Origin: Prorocentrum cordatum | Taxonomy: Eukaryota | Direction: 5' to 3' | NCBI GenBank assembly: GCA_963575745.1 | Contig: CAUYUJ010000003.1 | Location: 310,001-374,000 of the forward strand | Length of the DNA: 64,000 bases | Part shown: positions 9,101-21,400 of the stretch, in pieces | Position numbering within the stretch: the first letter of the stretch is position 1 | Layout of the letters: every line of letters begins with the position of its first letter | Made by a program: the position numbers and the translations under genes | Notes under the pieces: model-generated | Told to the model about the DNA's origin: nothing | Seen by the model: only the letters and a program-made list of their open reading frames with translations | Database searches by the model: none

Positions 9101-10950
9101 GGTGAAAAGCTGATCGTCCAGCCCCGTGCGACCAACCAGCGCACGCAGGCGCGCGGCCGACCCGTGGACCTCCTGCATGCCGAGAATTGCCTCTGCACAA
9201 AGCTTAGGGAGAATGTAGTCGATCTTCTTGTTGGCCGCGCGCGGCTGGTGGTGGCGGAAGGCGCGCGCGCGCGCGCGTTCCAGGTCGCGAAGCGCAGCTC
9301 TGCCTCCTTCTGCGGCTTCCAGAAGAGCCGCGCAAATTGGCTAAAAGCACCAGCACTTCCCTCTGCGGCGCCAGCGCCGCCGAAACCGCGGGCTCGAGGT
9401 CCGCGCGGGTGAGCCCAAGCTCCTGGAGGGCCGCTGGCGACCAGTGGACCTGCGGGGTGGCCGTGGGACTGGCGATGGAGACTCGAAGGATTGCGAAGAC
9501 AGCGTGAAGGAGTGCGCGGCCCTGTCTGTCCCACCGCCCGCCCGAGCGCGAGAGCCAGGCGCTTGGGCAGCAGCTCGTGTGCCACCTGCTTGCGGCTCTG
9601 GTCCGCCGAGACCGAAACGTCCGCCTCATGGCCTGCAGGAGTGGTGCCGCGGAAGCGCCTCCACTCGCCGGGGCCGGGGCGCATGCAGCCCAGCGGGAGC
9701 GGCGGGCAGCCAGCTCAGGAGCGCCCCTGAAGCGCAGGATGCAGCGCTTGCCGAAGGGTTCCGCGTCGACCTGGTAGCTGTCTGCGCCCAGGCTCGCGTC
9801 CGCCAGCAGCGGCGGCGCCGCCGCCAGGAAGGTGTCTTTACGAAGGTCCTCCTTGCAGCGCAGGACCACCGCCGCCGAGTCGGGCTCCCTGTCCTGGTCG
9901 ATGCCAGCAGGAGCGGGCTGCGGCCCCGTGCTCGCCAGCAGGCCCATCTCCTCCCTGAGCTTCGCCATGTCTGCACGCAGCTGCTGCTCCATGAGGGCCG
10001 TGCGCTAGTCCACGGAGGCAACCAGCTGCTCGACGGCGACGGCGCGGGCCTCCATGACCGTGGAAATCTTGGCCAGCCCCGCGGAGAGGGAGGCGTCCAT
10101 GTTGCTGATGATGGCCGCCTGCAGCTGCTGGAGGAGTTGCTGTTGCGTCTGAGGAGGGTCACCAGCACCAAGCTGCGGCCGAAGACCCGGAGCAGCATCA
10201 GGGGGCCGCGGGGCCGCCGCCACCGCCGCGGCGAGCGCGGGCGGGTGTCCCCGTGCATGCGCCAGGGGGGGCCTTCCGCGGCCAGGTACTGCTGCCAGGG
10301 GTCGGGGCCTCGAGCGCCCGCTCCGCTGCTGGCAGACGTGGGGCCTCCCTGCGGGGCGCCAGTGGGGGCGGCCTGCGGCGCCTGCTGGGACAGAGAGTCG
10401 GGGAACGTCGCTGCCTCATCGAAGTCGTGGGCCGGCTGCTCGAGCTGCGCATGGGTGAAGCCACCTGCGGAGGCGGCTGGGTCCGCCCCACGGTGCGAAG
10501 CCGAGGACGCAGCCGCAGGCGGACCATCCCTCCCCGCCACACGGCCACGATCGCAAGCACGAGCACGGCGAGCGCGAGCGGCAGCACGAAGGGCACCTGC
10601 TTCATCACGAGGCTGGTGGCGAGCACGGGCAGCACGACGGGCTCCGCGGTTCCCCCCACTGCGCGATGCCGAGCGCTGCTGGCCCGCCGATGCATCAGAG
10701 GTGGAGCCGGCACGATCTGCATCTGCATCCGCACCAAGGTCGGCGATATAAATGACAGCAGGGTGCGGGCGGGCGCATCCGACAGGGCCCATGGTGATGC
10801 GAGGCAAGGGATCGTGTCCGAGGAGGCAGACTCTTGGCCCCAGCAGTGCGCAGCTCGACTGGGGTTGCCTGAAACGGGAGCTAGCCTCGGACTAGAGGTA
10901 TCCGTTTCTGCCCGAGGGACAAAGACATCTTGAGCCAAAATGGCTACGGA
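6150..10950 (-). mobile_element. LINE element B: decayed full-length L1/Tx1-like element (ORF1, APE, RT) capped by the spliced leader
   Basis: ORF1 remnants at ~9400-10800 are homologous to ORF1 of element F. APE motifs: FATWNAR, MQEVHG, SGDFN, ISDH (8500-9290). RT motifs: MPGPDG, QRSFLRGR, DFGQAFPSV, GILQGDP, HADDLG (6950-7600). Many frameshifts are present. Confidence 0.85.
10929..10950 (-). other. Perfect genomic copy of the 22-nt dinoflagellate spliced leader, TCCGTAGCCATTTTGGCTCAAG
   Basis: The + strand reads CTTGAGCCAAAATGGCTACGGA, the exact reverse complement of DCCGTAGCCATTTTGGCTCAAG. It is followed by LINE 5' UTR rather than an SL-RNA intron. Confidence 0.97.
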
Positions 10951-11013
10951 GGAGGAGGAGGAGGAGGAGGAGGAGGAAGAGGAGGAGGAGGAGGAGGAGG
11001 AGGAGGACGAGGA
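10948..11013. repeat. (GGA)n/(TCC)n microsatellite abutting the SL
   Basis: Direct reading of the sequence. Confidence 0.95.
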
Positions 11014-12422
11014 GAAAAAGGCGCCCCTACGTGGGAGGCACCAGCTCGCCAGGACGGAGGGGGAGAACGATCTCCTGTGCTGCGCCCTGGCCTGCGGCAG
11101 GGGCCTGCCCAGGAAGTGCTCGGGCGCAGCTTCTGAAAAAAGGCTTGTCGGGTCGCGGCTATGCCCAAGAACAGCTCCGCAAAGAGCAGCTCGACAAGCC
11201 TCCCGGCTTCGAGCAGGTGGGCGGGCGGCGCGCGGAGGAGGTGGGCGGGCTGCTGCGGCCGAGGGGCTGCGGCGGCACCGCCCAGACTGCCACCTCACAG
11301 CGGCGGAGGCGGCGGCCCCAGGCCACGGGGGCCTTGGCCGAGTCGGCAAGGGGAATCGCTGGGCCGCGGCTGCAGCCAACCCACATGGCAGATTCCGGAA
11401 ACCTTGAATCCAAAAATGTTGTCATCTCTTGAATGGCGACATTTTACTCCCGCCTCCTCCCGCCGGCGGAGGCAGCCTTCCGCCGTCGGAGGCAGCCTCG
11501 TGTTACCTCCGCCGACCTTCCGCCGCCTTCCGCCGAGGAATAGATGGCAATTCCTTCGATCCTGGAAGGCAATGCACTCTTTGGACCGCCCCATATAGTA
11601 AGGATGTGCAATAAGGATGGGAACGACAATTATCGGGACGGGAGGATGCGGTTCGGAAGGATGACCATATCGTCCGTATTATCGTGTGTGTGTGTGTGTG
11701 TCGAGCGCGCTGATTACACAGTCGTGCCCGGTATCTTCCCAACCCCATCTTCCCAACCCGATAACTGTCTTTCTGGAAGGTTGCGAGGACCTTGGACGCC
11801 CATGACGAGGCTCTTCGAGCGGGGCTGGCCATCGAACGTGGTTGAGGATGAATCAAAGATGACCCAAGAGGCAAGCATGCAAGGGTACCCTCGGGAAGTC
11901 GATCATCCTTACTATGCTGGCATTGCTGCGGCACTTTGTGTGCTCTGACTGTGGCGCTTGCGGCGTGCCTCTCCCGAGTGCTGCGCATCTCGCTTGGGGC
12001 CCATGGCATCGTTTCGCATCTCGCCCGGACTTGATGGGCAACCTTTTGGTGCCTAGTCATGCAGCGCAGTATCATACGTAAGTTGTGCTGCACTGCACTT
12101 GAAAACTGCGCAGTGGCTCGATCGTGCTGCACGACCTCATCTGCTTTCAAGCCTGCGTGTCAGCGCTCGGCACTTCGCTTTGCTGCTCAGCGGCGATTCG
12201 GAGTCACTGTGGAGCGCAGGCCGCTGCGCTGTCCTCGTGAAGGTGCTGCCACAAGGAATGCCAAGTAATGAGCGAAACCCTTTTCGGCCCAAAATCTGGC
12301 TGAGTACACGAGGTGCGCTAGAGGAACAATTATGGAATATTCTACGCAACAGCGAGCCCCTTCCGAACCCGAGCTGTGTCTGATTTCAGCGTCTTGACTG
12401 TATTGAGGGGTGTCGCAGAAAG

Positions 12423-12500
12423 CGAGAGCGAGAGAGAGAGAGAGAGACAAAGAGAGAGAGAGAGAGAGAAAGAGACAGAGAGAGAGAGAGAGCGAGGGAG
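12423..12500. repeat. Imperfect (GA)n microsatellite
   Basis: Direct reading of the sequence. Confidence 0.9.
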
Positions 12501-13310
12501 ACAACAAAACAGAGTCGGCTGCGCGCAAGAGTGGCCCTAGGCAAGAGCGACCTCTGGTGCGCGGCTCGCTGTTCTCCCCATGCGATGCGCCAGTGGCGGC
12601 CCTGCGCCCTTGGGCCTGGCTCCCCCACCCGAGGCCACGGGAAGCCGCGCAGCAAGGTCGCCCCGGCCAGAGGCCACTCTCGCGCCCAGCCGGGCGAGCT
12701 CGGTGGGGCGTCCTCGGCTGGGTCCGGGGAGCCTCGCCGGGCCCAGGAGGACGCGCGGCCTCCGGCGGCGGCCGCCGCCGTCGTCACGCAGGGTGGCGCC
12801 CGCCCCCCGCCGCTCGGGGCGCTCCCCTCCGCTCCCTGGCGCGCGGCGCAGGGAGCGGGCCGCCAGCGGGAGCGCCACAGGAGGCACGGAGGGGCCGTGC
12901 CGTCGTCGGCGGGCCTCGGCCACGAGCAGGCTCCCCGACGCGGATCAGGGGAGCGGCCCGGGGACCAGAGCCCCTCCCTGAGCCCAGAGGGGTCTGGATT
13001 CAACGTCTTGGCGGCAAACAGTATGGCCGGCTGGCCGCTTCGTGGCCACCTCGCGGCCCTCTCATGGCCCCTCACGGCCCTCCAGCGGTGCCCTCGTCGT
13101 GGCCACCCTGGCGGCTCCGCGTGCGCCCTCGTGGCTCCCTCTTCTCCTTTACCCGCTCGCGGCTCACGTACAGGCTCATTACTGATCGATGCATTGGCTG
13201 GGCCCCGTAGGACGCACAACCTTTTGCTCCACCGTCGTCTCCACAGCCCGAGCAGGTGTCTGGCTGGCTGCCGATTTGCTCTTGCGCGCTCCCTATGCTG
13301 TGCGCCCATA

Positions 13311-13503
13311 CGGTTGGCGTTGCAACGATAGCGTGCAACGTCGGTTTCCGCAAAACACGCCGTCCCCGTGAGGCGATCCCCCCGCGAGGGCCCCGTCTGC
13401 GCACGCCATCACCCCGCCCAGGCCTTCCTCCGTGTGCACTGCCCCCAAGGTGGGGGATAGCGCGTAGCAGCCACACCGCACGCTATCATTGCAACGCCAA
13501 CCG
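13311..13503. mobile_element. Probable MITE (193 bp) with 26-bp terminal inverted repeats
   Basis: CGGTTGGCGTTGCAACGATAGCGTGC (13311-36) matches the reverse complement of 13478-13503 with one mismatch. The flanks are TA on the left and CA on the right, possibly a mutated TA TSD. Confidence 0.65.
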
Positions 13504-13581
13504 CACCCTCGGTGCGCGCGCACGCGCGCCACGCTGCACTGGCCGAGGGCCGCGGGGAGTCGGGCCTTCGCCCGCGCCGCC

Positions 13582-13656
13582 CTGCTCCCTCATGCGGCGC
13601 TGCAGAGCGCGGCGCTGCTCGGAGGACTTCCGGAGCTCCTGCCTGAGGGACTCTGC
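13582..13656 (-). CDS. Candidate isolated coiled-coil exon (AESLRQELRKSSEQRRALQRRMREQ)
   Basis: CAG|G acceptor and heptad-like peptide, in the same style and strand as the exons at 46-64 kb. The donor site is uncertain. Confidence 0.35.
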
Positions 13657-15039
13657 CTGCGCGGGCAGGCACGGCGGCGGGGGAGGACAACGTCGACGGG
13701 AGACGTCTGACTCTGATACGGCCAGGGTCTGAACGCTGGTGGAACACCTTTGAGGCTTGGCCATGGGTATCACCGCCGCCCTCAGCAGATACCTCCTGGG
13801 CACATTCCTCGACGAACGCCCCCACCGTGATGTCCTTCCCCCTCTGCGCAGCGCAGGCTTCTCAGCAGTCACAGCTGGCGGGCTCCAGACTCTCGTGGGG
13901 TCCGTATTCTATGCGTGGGGTCCGACTCGTTCGTCTTTGAATATTTCTGCAGACCGTCCAGAATTGATTACGAGAGCTGGCAGCAACCGTCCGAGGTTCG
14001 CAGGTGACGGAGCCATGGAGGGAGGAAGGCACACGGAGGGAGGAATACGCAAGGGGATTCTCTGGCCGAGCGAGGAGGGATGGGAGGTAAGGGGACAACG
14101 CGGGAAACCAATGAGAGTAGACACGAAGGGAGAGGACTCAGGGGGAAGCAGGGAGAGAAGGAGAGAGGAGGGGAAGAAGGAAAGGACACGGGCAACGCTC
14201 GAGAGTGCTGAAGGGAACTCTTCCTAACTTGGCTTGCCAATGTACGTGTTGGACGTTGCATGGACACTGCTCCTCCTCTCCGGCTGACCTGGTCTCCCTG
14301 GCGCGTGCTACCAGCAAGGGGGTCCATGTTTCGAGGGAAACGCCCGCGTTGTCTTCTAGTGTTGGTCGCCCATGGAACGAGCGCTGGGGCCTTGCCATGC
14401 TTCTCTCGCGATTCGGCCTTGAACTGACTGCGCGGGAGGCTATGAGAAGCCCAAGGCGGTTCTGGGGCCAAAGGTCGTTGGGCCTCCCGAGTCGTGTTTG
14501 GGGAGATCAGCTTCGACGAACTATTCCGCGGAGTACCGTCGAGCACAGATGCCCAGGACGGATGAAGGATGAGGGAGGATGAAAAGAGGGATGATGGGAT
14601 GAGGGGGGACGGGAAGGGGGGACACGAAGGAGGAATTCGGAAGGGGAGCGAATGAAAGAGTAGACTGGAGAAGAGAGAGGAAACGTAGGAGAAAGAGAAG
14701 GCAGAGAGGAATGAGAGGACGGCAAAGGGTGTGCGAAAAAGGACAAACATGATCGGCAACGAGGGAGAGGTGGCGATCCGGGAAACGGCGACCACCAATC
14801 GAACGTTTCGTCCTCTGTAGTAAACCGTACGGCGATGTCACTGCAATCCTGTCTCGCATCGCCTTCGTTCATTCGGACTGCTTGTCTCAATCTCTCACTC
14901 TTCCTCTCTCGCTCTCTCTCTCTCTCGCCCTCTCCCCCCCGTACTTACCCTTCTCCACTTCACTGTCGCTTGTAACCGTGTACCCACATGGTTTCCAAGC
15001 CTTCTGCGCTGGATTCTCGTTTTGAACAGACCACTGTGG

Positions 15040-15905
15040 TCGCGTCCTCCGCCTTCCCGCCTCCACCTCTGGGTGGTCGCGATATGCGAAACTGTCACCA
15101 CTTTCGACGGCTGCTGGGGGGGGGGCATCACAGTGTCGCCCCATCTGGACCCAAATCAAACCTCGCCATCCCTGTGGGGCTGCGATTTGCGAAACGGTTG
15201 TCACTTTTGAAAGCTGTTGGGGGGGGGGGAGCAGGCAACTTCCGCCCAACCCGGACTCATGTTAAACCTCGCCGTCCATGCGAGGTTTGCTGAGGGGGCC
15301 AGCACAGTGTCCCCACACCCACACTCCTCAAATTAGACCTCGCCACCCTGGGGGGCTGCGATATGCAAAACTGTCGCAATGTTCGAATGTTTCTTTGGGG
15401 GGGGAGCCAGCACAATGTCGCCGCGACCAAACTCATACGAGACCTCGCCACCCGTGGGGGGGTGCGATCTGCGAAGCGGTTGCCGTTTTCGAAGGCTGCT
15501 GGGGAGGGGGGGCAGCACAATGTCGCCCCAGGGGCCCAACCCACACTCAGATTCGACCTCGCGATCCCGGGGGGGGGCTGCGATCCGCAGAAGTGTCTCC
15601 ACATTCGAGGGTTGCTGGGGGGGGGGGGGGGGGCAAGCACAAAACCGCCCCAAGGGCCCAACCAAACACAGGTTAGACCTCGCTGTCCCCGGGGGGGCTG
15701 CGATATGGAAGACTGCCGCCACTTTCGAAGGCTGTTGGGGAGGCCATCGCAATGTCGCCATACCGAGACTCACAGTCGACCTCGCCATCACTGGGGGGCT
15801 GACATCTGCGAGCCCGCCGCCACTTTCGATGGCTGATGTCAGGGTAAGCGCAGCGTGGCTATGCACACTCCCTGGGGGGCTGCGATCCGCGAAAACGTTG
15901 CTGGG
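15040..15905. repeat. Degenerate tandem repeat with a ~105-120 bp unit (ACCTCGCCA..GGGGGCTGCGAT..TTCGAAGGCTGCTGGGG..CACAATGTCGCC)
   Basis: The anchor ACCTCGC recurs at about 15160, 15267, 15337, 15441, 15556, 15677 and 15779. Confidence 0.85.
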
Positions 15906-16089
15906 TGGGGCAGCGCGGCGTCGCCAAACCCATCGTCACCCATGCGGTGCTCCGCTCGGGGCACTCTTGAGGGCCCCAGGGAGGGGGCCGTGCGTGGCTC
16001 TCATCGCGATACCTGACTGGGCGAGCCCAACTGCAGCCCATCCGCGTCGAGCGAGGCCTGGGCGCGACATGGCCCGGCCAGCCCCGCTG

Positions 16090-16132
<43 letters not shown>

Positions 16133-16133
16133 C
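16090..16133. repeat. (TG)n(TA)n compound microsatellite
   Basis: Direct reading of the sequence. Confidence 0.95.
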
Positions 16134-16524
16134 AGATGGCCAGGCCAGCCCCCGCTGGTATATGCAGGCCCCCCCCCCCCCACCCCCCGCGCACGCACGC
16201 GCGTCCCGCGCCAACCCCCCCAACAGCGCGCAGGGGGCGAGTCGGCCACGGCCTCTGGAACTGGCGACATGGGCGGCAGCCCGTAGCGTGCATAAAAAAT
16301 CAGAGGCAGCAGCGAAGAATAGGGATTTCCCGCTGCAGTGTCCCGGCGGGGGACCGTGGGTCACGCCCGGAGGCCGCGAGGAGGACGTCCACCTCCATCC
16401 TCTGACGTCCACCACCTCATCCTCCTCAGTCCTCCGCAACGAGCACCTGCTCATGCACCTTCTCAAGCAGCGCCACCCTGGCATCCCCCTCCCCATCGTC
16501 CTCCTCATCCTGGCCATGCTGGTC

Positions 16525-16700
16525 CTCCTCCTCCCTCCTCCTCCTCCTCCTCCTCCTCCTCCTCGCCCTGGTGCTCCTCATCCTCCTCATCCTCCTCTTC
16601 CTCCTCCTCCTCCTCCTCCTTCCTCCTCCTCCTCCTCCCTCCTCCTCCCTCCCCCTCCTTTACCTCCCCCATGTCCTCCCACCCCCCCTCCTCCACCTGC
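16525..16700. repeat. (CCT)n low-complexity tract
   Basis: Direct reading of the sequence. Confidence 0.9.
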
Positions 16701-17124
16701 TCCTGCGCCAGATCATGGATAAGACGCGGCAGGCTGCATGAATAAGACGGCGCCGATGCACCTACATCCACGGGCCATCGCCCCCCCGACTTCAAACTAG
16801 GCGGTGCCACGGACCGCTTCTGTCAAAGCCTCGCCCCCCCCCCTCTCGGGGGCGGATAACCCGCCCATCCCGCTAGCAGACCGTGGAGGCCTTGGATAAG
16901 GAATCCAGCGCCTGGAGCCTTGCGGAGATCCACTTGCGTGGAACGGGGGGGGGGGGGCAGAAGGTGTCCGCCCCCAATCATTGTGAGCTCTCTACCCTCC
17001 CTCCGTTTCCTCTCCTCCCCCCTACATCCTCCTCCTCCTGTCTCCCCCCCCCTCCCCCCCCTCATCCCCCCCGCCGTTCCTCCGCCTCAGATCCCCTGGG
17101 ATGAGGGGGGGGGGGGGGCGGCAG

Positions 17125-18345
17125 GTGAGCGGTGCGGTTGCGGTTGCGCGCCCGCGGGCGGGTTGGAATGTGTCGCCCAGTTGCAGTTGCGGTTGCGCGC
17201 CCGCGGGCAGGTTGAAATGCGTCGCCCAGGTGCGGTCGCGCGCCCGCGGGCGGTGTGAACTGTGTCGCCTAGTTGCGGTTGCGGCTGCGCGCCCGCGGGC
17301 GGGTTGAAGTGCGTCGCCCAGTTGCGGTTGCGGTTGCGCGCCCGCAGGCGGGTTGAAATGTGTCGCCCAGGTGGGGTTGCGCGCCCGCGGGCGGGTCGAA
17401 ATGCGTCGCCCATGTGCGGTTGCGGTTCCGCGCCCGCGGGCGGGTGAAATGTGTCGCCCAGCAGCGGTTGCAGTTGCGCGCCCGCGGGCGGGTCGAAATG
17501 CATCGCCCAGTTGCAGTTGCGGTTGCGCGCCCGCGGGCGGTTTGAAATGCGTCGCCCAGTTGCGGTTGCGGTTGCGCGCCCGCGGGCGGGTTGAAATGTG
17601 TCGCCCAATCGCGGTTGCGAACGCGCGCCCGCGGGCGGGTTGAAATGTGTCACTCAGGTGCGGTTGCGGTTGCGCGCCTGCGGGCAGGTTGACATGCGTC
17701 GCCCAGTTGCGGTTGCGCGCCCGCGGGCGGGTCGAAATGTGTCGCCCAGGTGCGGTTCCGGTTGCGCGCCCGCGGGCGGGTTGACATGTGTCGCCCAGTT
17801 GCGGTTGCTGCCCGCGGGCGGTTTGAAATGCGTCGTCCAGTTGCGGTTGCCTTTGCGCGCCCGCGGGCGGGTTGAAATGTGTCGCCCAATCGCGGTTGCG
17901 AACGCGCGCCCGCGGGCGGGTCGAAATGTGTCACTCAGGTGCGGTTGCGGTTGCGCGCCCGCGGGCGGGTTGAAATGCGTCGCCCAGTTGCGGTTGCGCG
18001 CCCGCGGGCGGGTCGAAATGTGTCGCCCAGGTGCGGTTGCGGTCGCGCGCCCGCGGGCGGTTTGAACTGCGTCGCCCAGTTGCAGTTGCGGTTGTGCGCC
18101 CGCGGGCGGGTTGAAATGTGTCGCCCAATCGCGGTTGCGGTCGCGCGCCCGCGGGCGGGTTGAAATGTGTCGCCCAGGTGCGGTTGCGCGCCCGCGAGCG
18201 GGTCGAAATGTGTCGCCCAGTTGCGGTTGCGCGCCCGCGGGCGGGTTGGAGTGCGTCGCCCAGGTGCGGTTGCGGTTGCGCGCACGCGGGCGGGTCGAAA
18301 TGCGTCGCCCAGTTGCGTTTGCGCGCCCGCGGGCGATTTGAAATA
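17125..18345. repeat. GC-rich satellite with ~47-59 bp units (GCGGTT)nGCGCGCCCGCGGGCGGGTTGAAATGTGTCGCCCAG
   Basis: More than 20 head-to-tail copies, each with the palindrome CGCCCGCGGGCG. Unit length varies with the number of GCGGTT hexamers. Confidence 0.95.
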
Positions 18346-18429
18346 TGTTGCTCTATGCGCCCTCCTGACGTTCAGTCAGTCAATCAGTCAGTCTATCAAA
18401 CAGTCAATCAGTCAGTCAATCAGCCAATC

Positions 18430-21400
18430 ATGCACCGGCGGGCACGGAATTTCACTCGGTTCCACCGGGAGATCATCATGCTCATGAAATTTGCGTAGCG
18501 CTTCCATATCTGGGCGCGACAATCGAGCGCATCGTCGGGCGGGGCATCCATTGGCTCGCGCACTAGCATCGAGCATGGCACCGCAAGCGAACCGCTGATG
18601 AGACTCGTTTCCCTCGGAGGATTTACATCCGAAGCAAAGCGCACCGGGCCGAAGTTGGACGCTGTGGAATCTGGCGGGTGTCCAAACACCAGCGGCCCAC
18701 GAAGACCTGCGGACCCCTCGCCTACCCGGGTCTTTACTAGACAGCGCTCTCGCGCGTGGCGCGTCTCCAGATCGTTTGACCAGCTCCGCCTGGCAGGCGA
18801 GCTAACATCCGAGAGAGCTGCCATCGTCTGACCCCGTCCTCAACGAGCGCGCGGATGTCAGCGGGGCACGTTCAGATTCAATCAAACCCACTGCCCTGGT
18901 CACTGACAATGACAGCGGCACTCTCCAAGGTCCAGCCAGCGCGGGGGAGGTCTAGCCACGCTGAAGCTTTGGGCCCACGGGCGCCTGCCCACTCAATCTT
19001 GTCATCAAAACGCTGCTTGATACATGTCCGCGCGTGAAAGAGGCGATTCGTCGCGGCCCTGCGCTCCCACGCGAGCGAGGCATGCCGAAACAACGGCGGA
19101 ACCCACGCATCGAAAGTAGGGTCGTGCCGGTCGGCATTCTGAATCGCAAAATACAGAGTAGAAAGCGTCTTAGACCTCGCCCATGCCGCGCATCGAAAAC
19201 ACGAAGCTCTCGTAGAGCCGCGTCTGACAGGCCACTCGCCCACGACCCGGGGACCGCGGCAGGAGGGGGCCCCGCTCGCCAGATGGGCTTCGCGGGCTCC
19301 GCGGCGACGTGGCAGAGGCCCCAGGACTTGCGTCTCTTGGCCTGCGGCGCCCGCAATCTGGATTCCCCCGGGCACTCGCGACGCGCGGGCCGTGCATCTC
19401 GCGCCCAAGGTTCCTCGCGAAGCGTCGCCCTCTGAGACCCGATGGGCCCAGGGCCTCGACGGAGCGACGCCTTGCGGCAGCAGTGCTAGCAAGGAGACCA
19501 CTCCTGGACACCTGCGCCTCAAGAGCTAGCGGCCCGACGCCCTCGCGGAAACGTTGGACGGCCTTCGCGAGCACTCCAGGCCCCTGCCGATGACCCAACT
19601 CCGCCCTGCCCCGCCCCGACCATTGAATAATAACATCGCCGATCAGATCGCGCGGGCCAAGCGCCTGGGAACAACTCAAGCGATCCGGCCAGGCCGCGGC
19701 GCAGAGAGGGCCACGAGCATAGAAGTGGCCAGCGAGCACCCCGCGAGAACACCCTGGGGGGAGGCGACTGGGATTGACGCGGGACTTGGAGCGCGCAACG
19801 GACAGGGCTGAACATAACTCTTGATAACCATCCAAGCGAGGCGGGCAGGGGCCCCCGTGGCCTGCGCCCCCGTAAGGAGGCATCGCGACTTGATGACAAG
19901 CTCAAAGAATTCCCGCACATCCGTCAAAACATTGAAGCTACCCCCCTTGAGTTCGGGAGCGGCTTCCGCGGCAAGGTCCGACGAGAAAGCGCTGTCACTG
20001 GGGGACCTGCATGTCCCCGCGCCCCAAGAACATCCCAACCGATGGGAGTCATGCAACAACATTGCGAGCGGGCGTCTAGCTCTGCCCAGATCCGCACTAG
20101 GGGGCCGAGAAGAGCTATGGGCCTACAACTGCCTGGGGCCCTGGGGGGTCTCACAAGCTGGGGGGGGGGGGGATCCTGGGGGAGGGCCGAACCAGGAGCT
20201 GCCCACATGCAGAGCCCAAGAGCGAGACCACTTCTATGCCCCTGTCGCCAACGAGTACGCGGGACCTCGGAGCGAAGACGAACTGACCGACGCCCGTGCC
20301 CCAGGAGAACTGCGGAATCGTCATCTTTATGAAACTCCGCAACGCTGGCGGGCGGCCGGGCGCCCCAATCGGTAGCTCCTGGAGGTGATGGGCTCATCGT
20401 GGCTGGTCCATATCTGCTCCCACTCTCGAACAGTTCTGCCCGCCATCGTGTAGGGCTGCGACCCTGAGCCTGTGACTAAGAGGGCATCATCTCCTGCAGT
20501 GCGCAGCCTCGCGTGCGCCGATTGGCAAACCGACCTCCCCCTTTGAACGCCATGCAGTGTCAGCCTCCTGCGAGTGCTGGAGCTGATGGCCCTGCGCCTG
20601 TTCCCCCACGTAGCCCACGTCGCCGCCCGCCGACTCTTGCTAGGGGAAATCGGCGTCGAGCTCGAAAAAGCATGGGCACGCGCGCCCAGCGCGCGCCACT
20701 CGGCGGGGGCCCCCGCGCGACTGGCGAAACGAACAGATTCGAGCATCAGCTTGGCGAGCTTCTGAATCAGCCTGGCGTTGTGCCGCCCTTCTCTACGCAG
20801 CTGCAGGAGCTGTCCGAGTATGTCGAGCACTGCTGCCTTGACTCGCCTGCAGCGTCGCGCCCGTCGCCCCGCCGTGGACCACGCTGCGCCAACTGCGACA
20901 GCTGCGCGAACTTCTCAGGGCTTCCACTGCACACTGGCGAAGCTGACTGCCACATGCCCGCCTCTGCCGACGTACTCCGCTGCGCCAACTCCGACAATGT
21001 CGCGGCGCCGAAGCAGCTCCAACTCCAACTGGCCCAATGCAGCGCCCCAGACCTCCCCGAGGGAAGCGTCGCCCCGCGCGCGGTCCACTACTTCGAACGC
21101 GCGACCCCAACGAAGCGGAGACCTTGAGCAACCTGGCTCACGCTGGCGGGGCGGTGCTCTCGGCCCTTGGAGCGCGCGAGACTGCGCCTCAACATCGGAG
21201 CCCATGACACGTGGGATCACTGGCGCGCGCGGATGCGCCTGCGCCTCTTCCTGCATGTGCGGGGCCTGGATCCTCGGCCTAAGATTGGGCGCCAACATGT
21301 AGTGATCGATCGCACGGCATGGGATCGCTTGCCTGCAATGCGACGATGCCGCCAGGGCCTGCCAGCCACTGCAGGTCGCCGAGCTTGGACCTCTCCACGT

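Noticed and set aside
10929..10950. SL RNA gene
   Set aside because: The 22-mer is followed by ATGTCTTT rather than a GT donor and SL intron, and it runs into LINE 5' UTR.
11400..13300. ORFs of 200-300 aa between element B and the MITE
   Set aside because: They have no recognisable domains and match the length expected by chance at this GC content. Small exons cannot be excluded.
17125..18345. CRISPR-like array (palindromic repeat ending in TTGAAAT)
   Set aside because: The intervening sequence is itself repeated, so there are no unique spacers. There are no cas genes and the context is eukaryotic.
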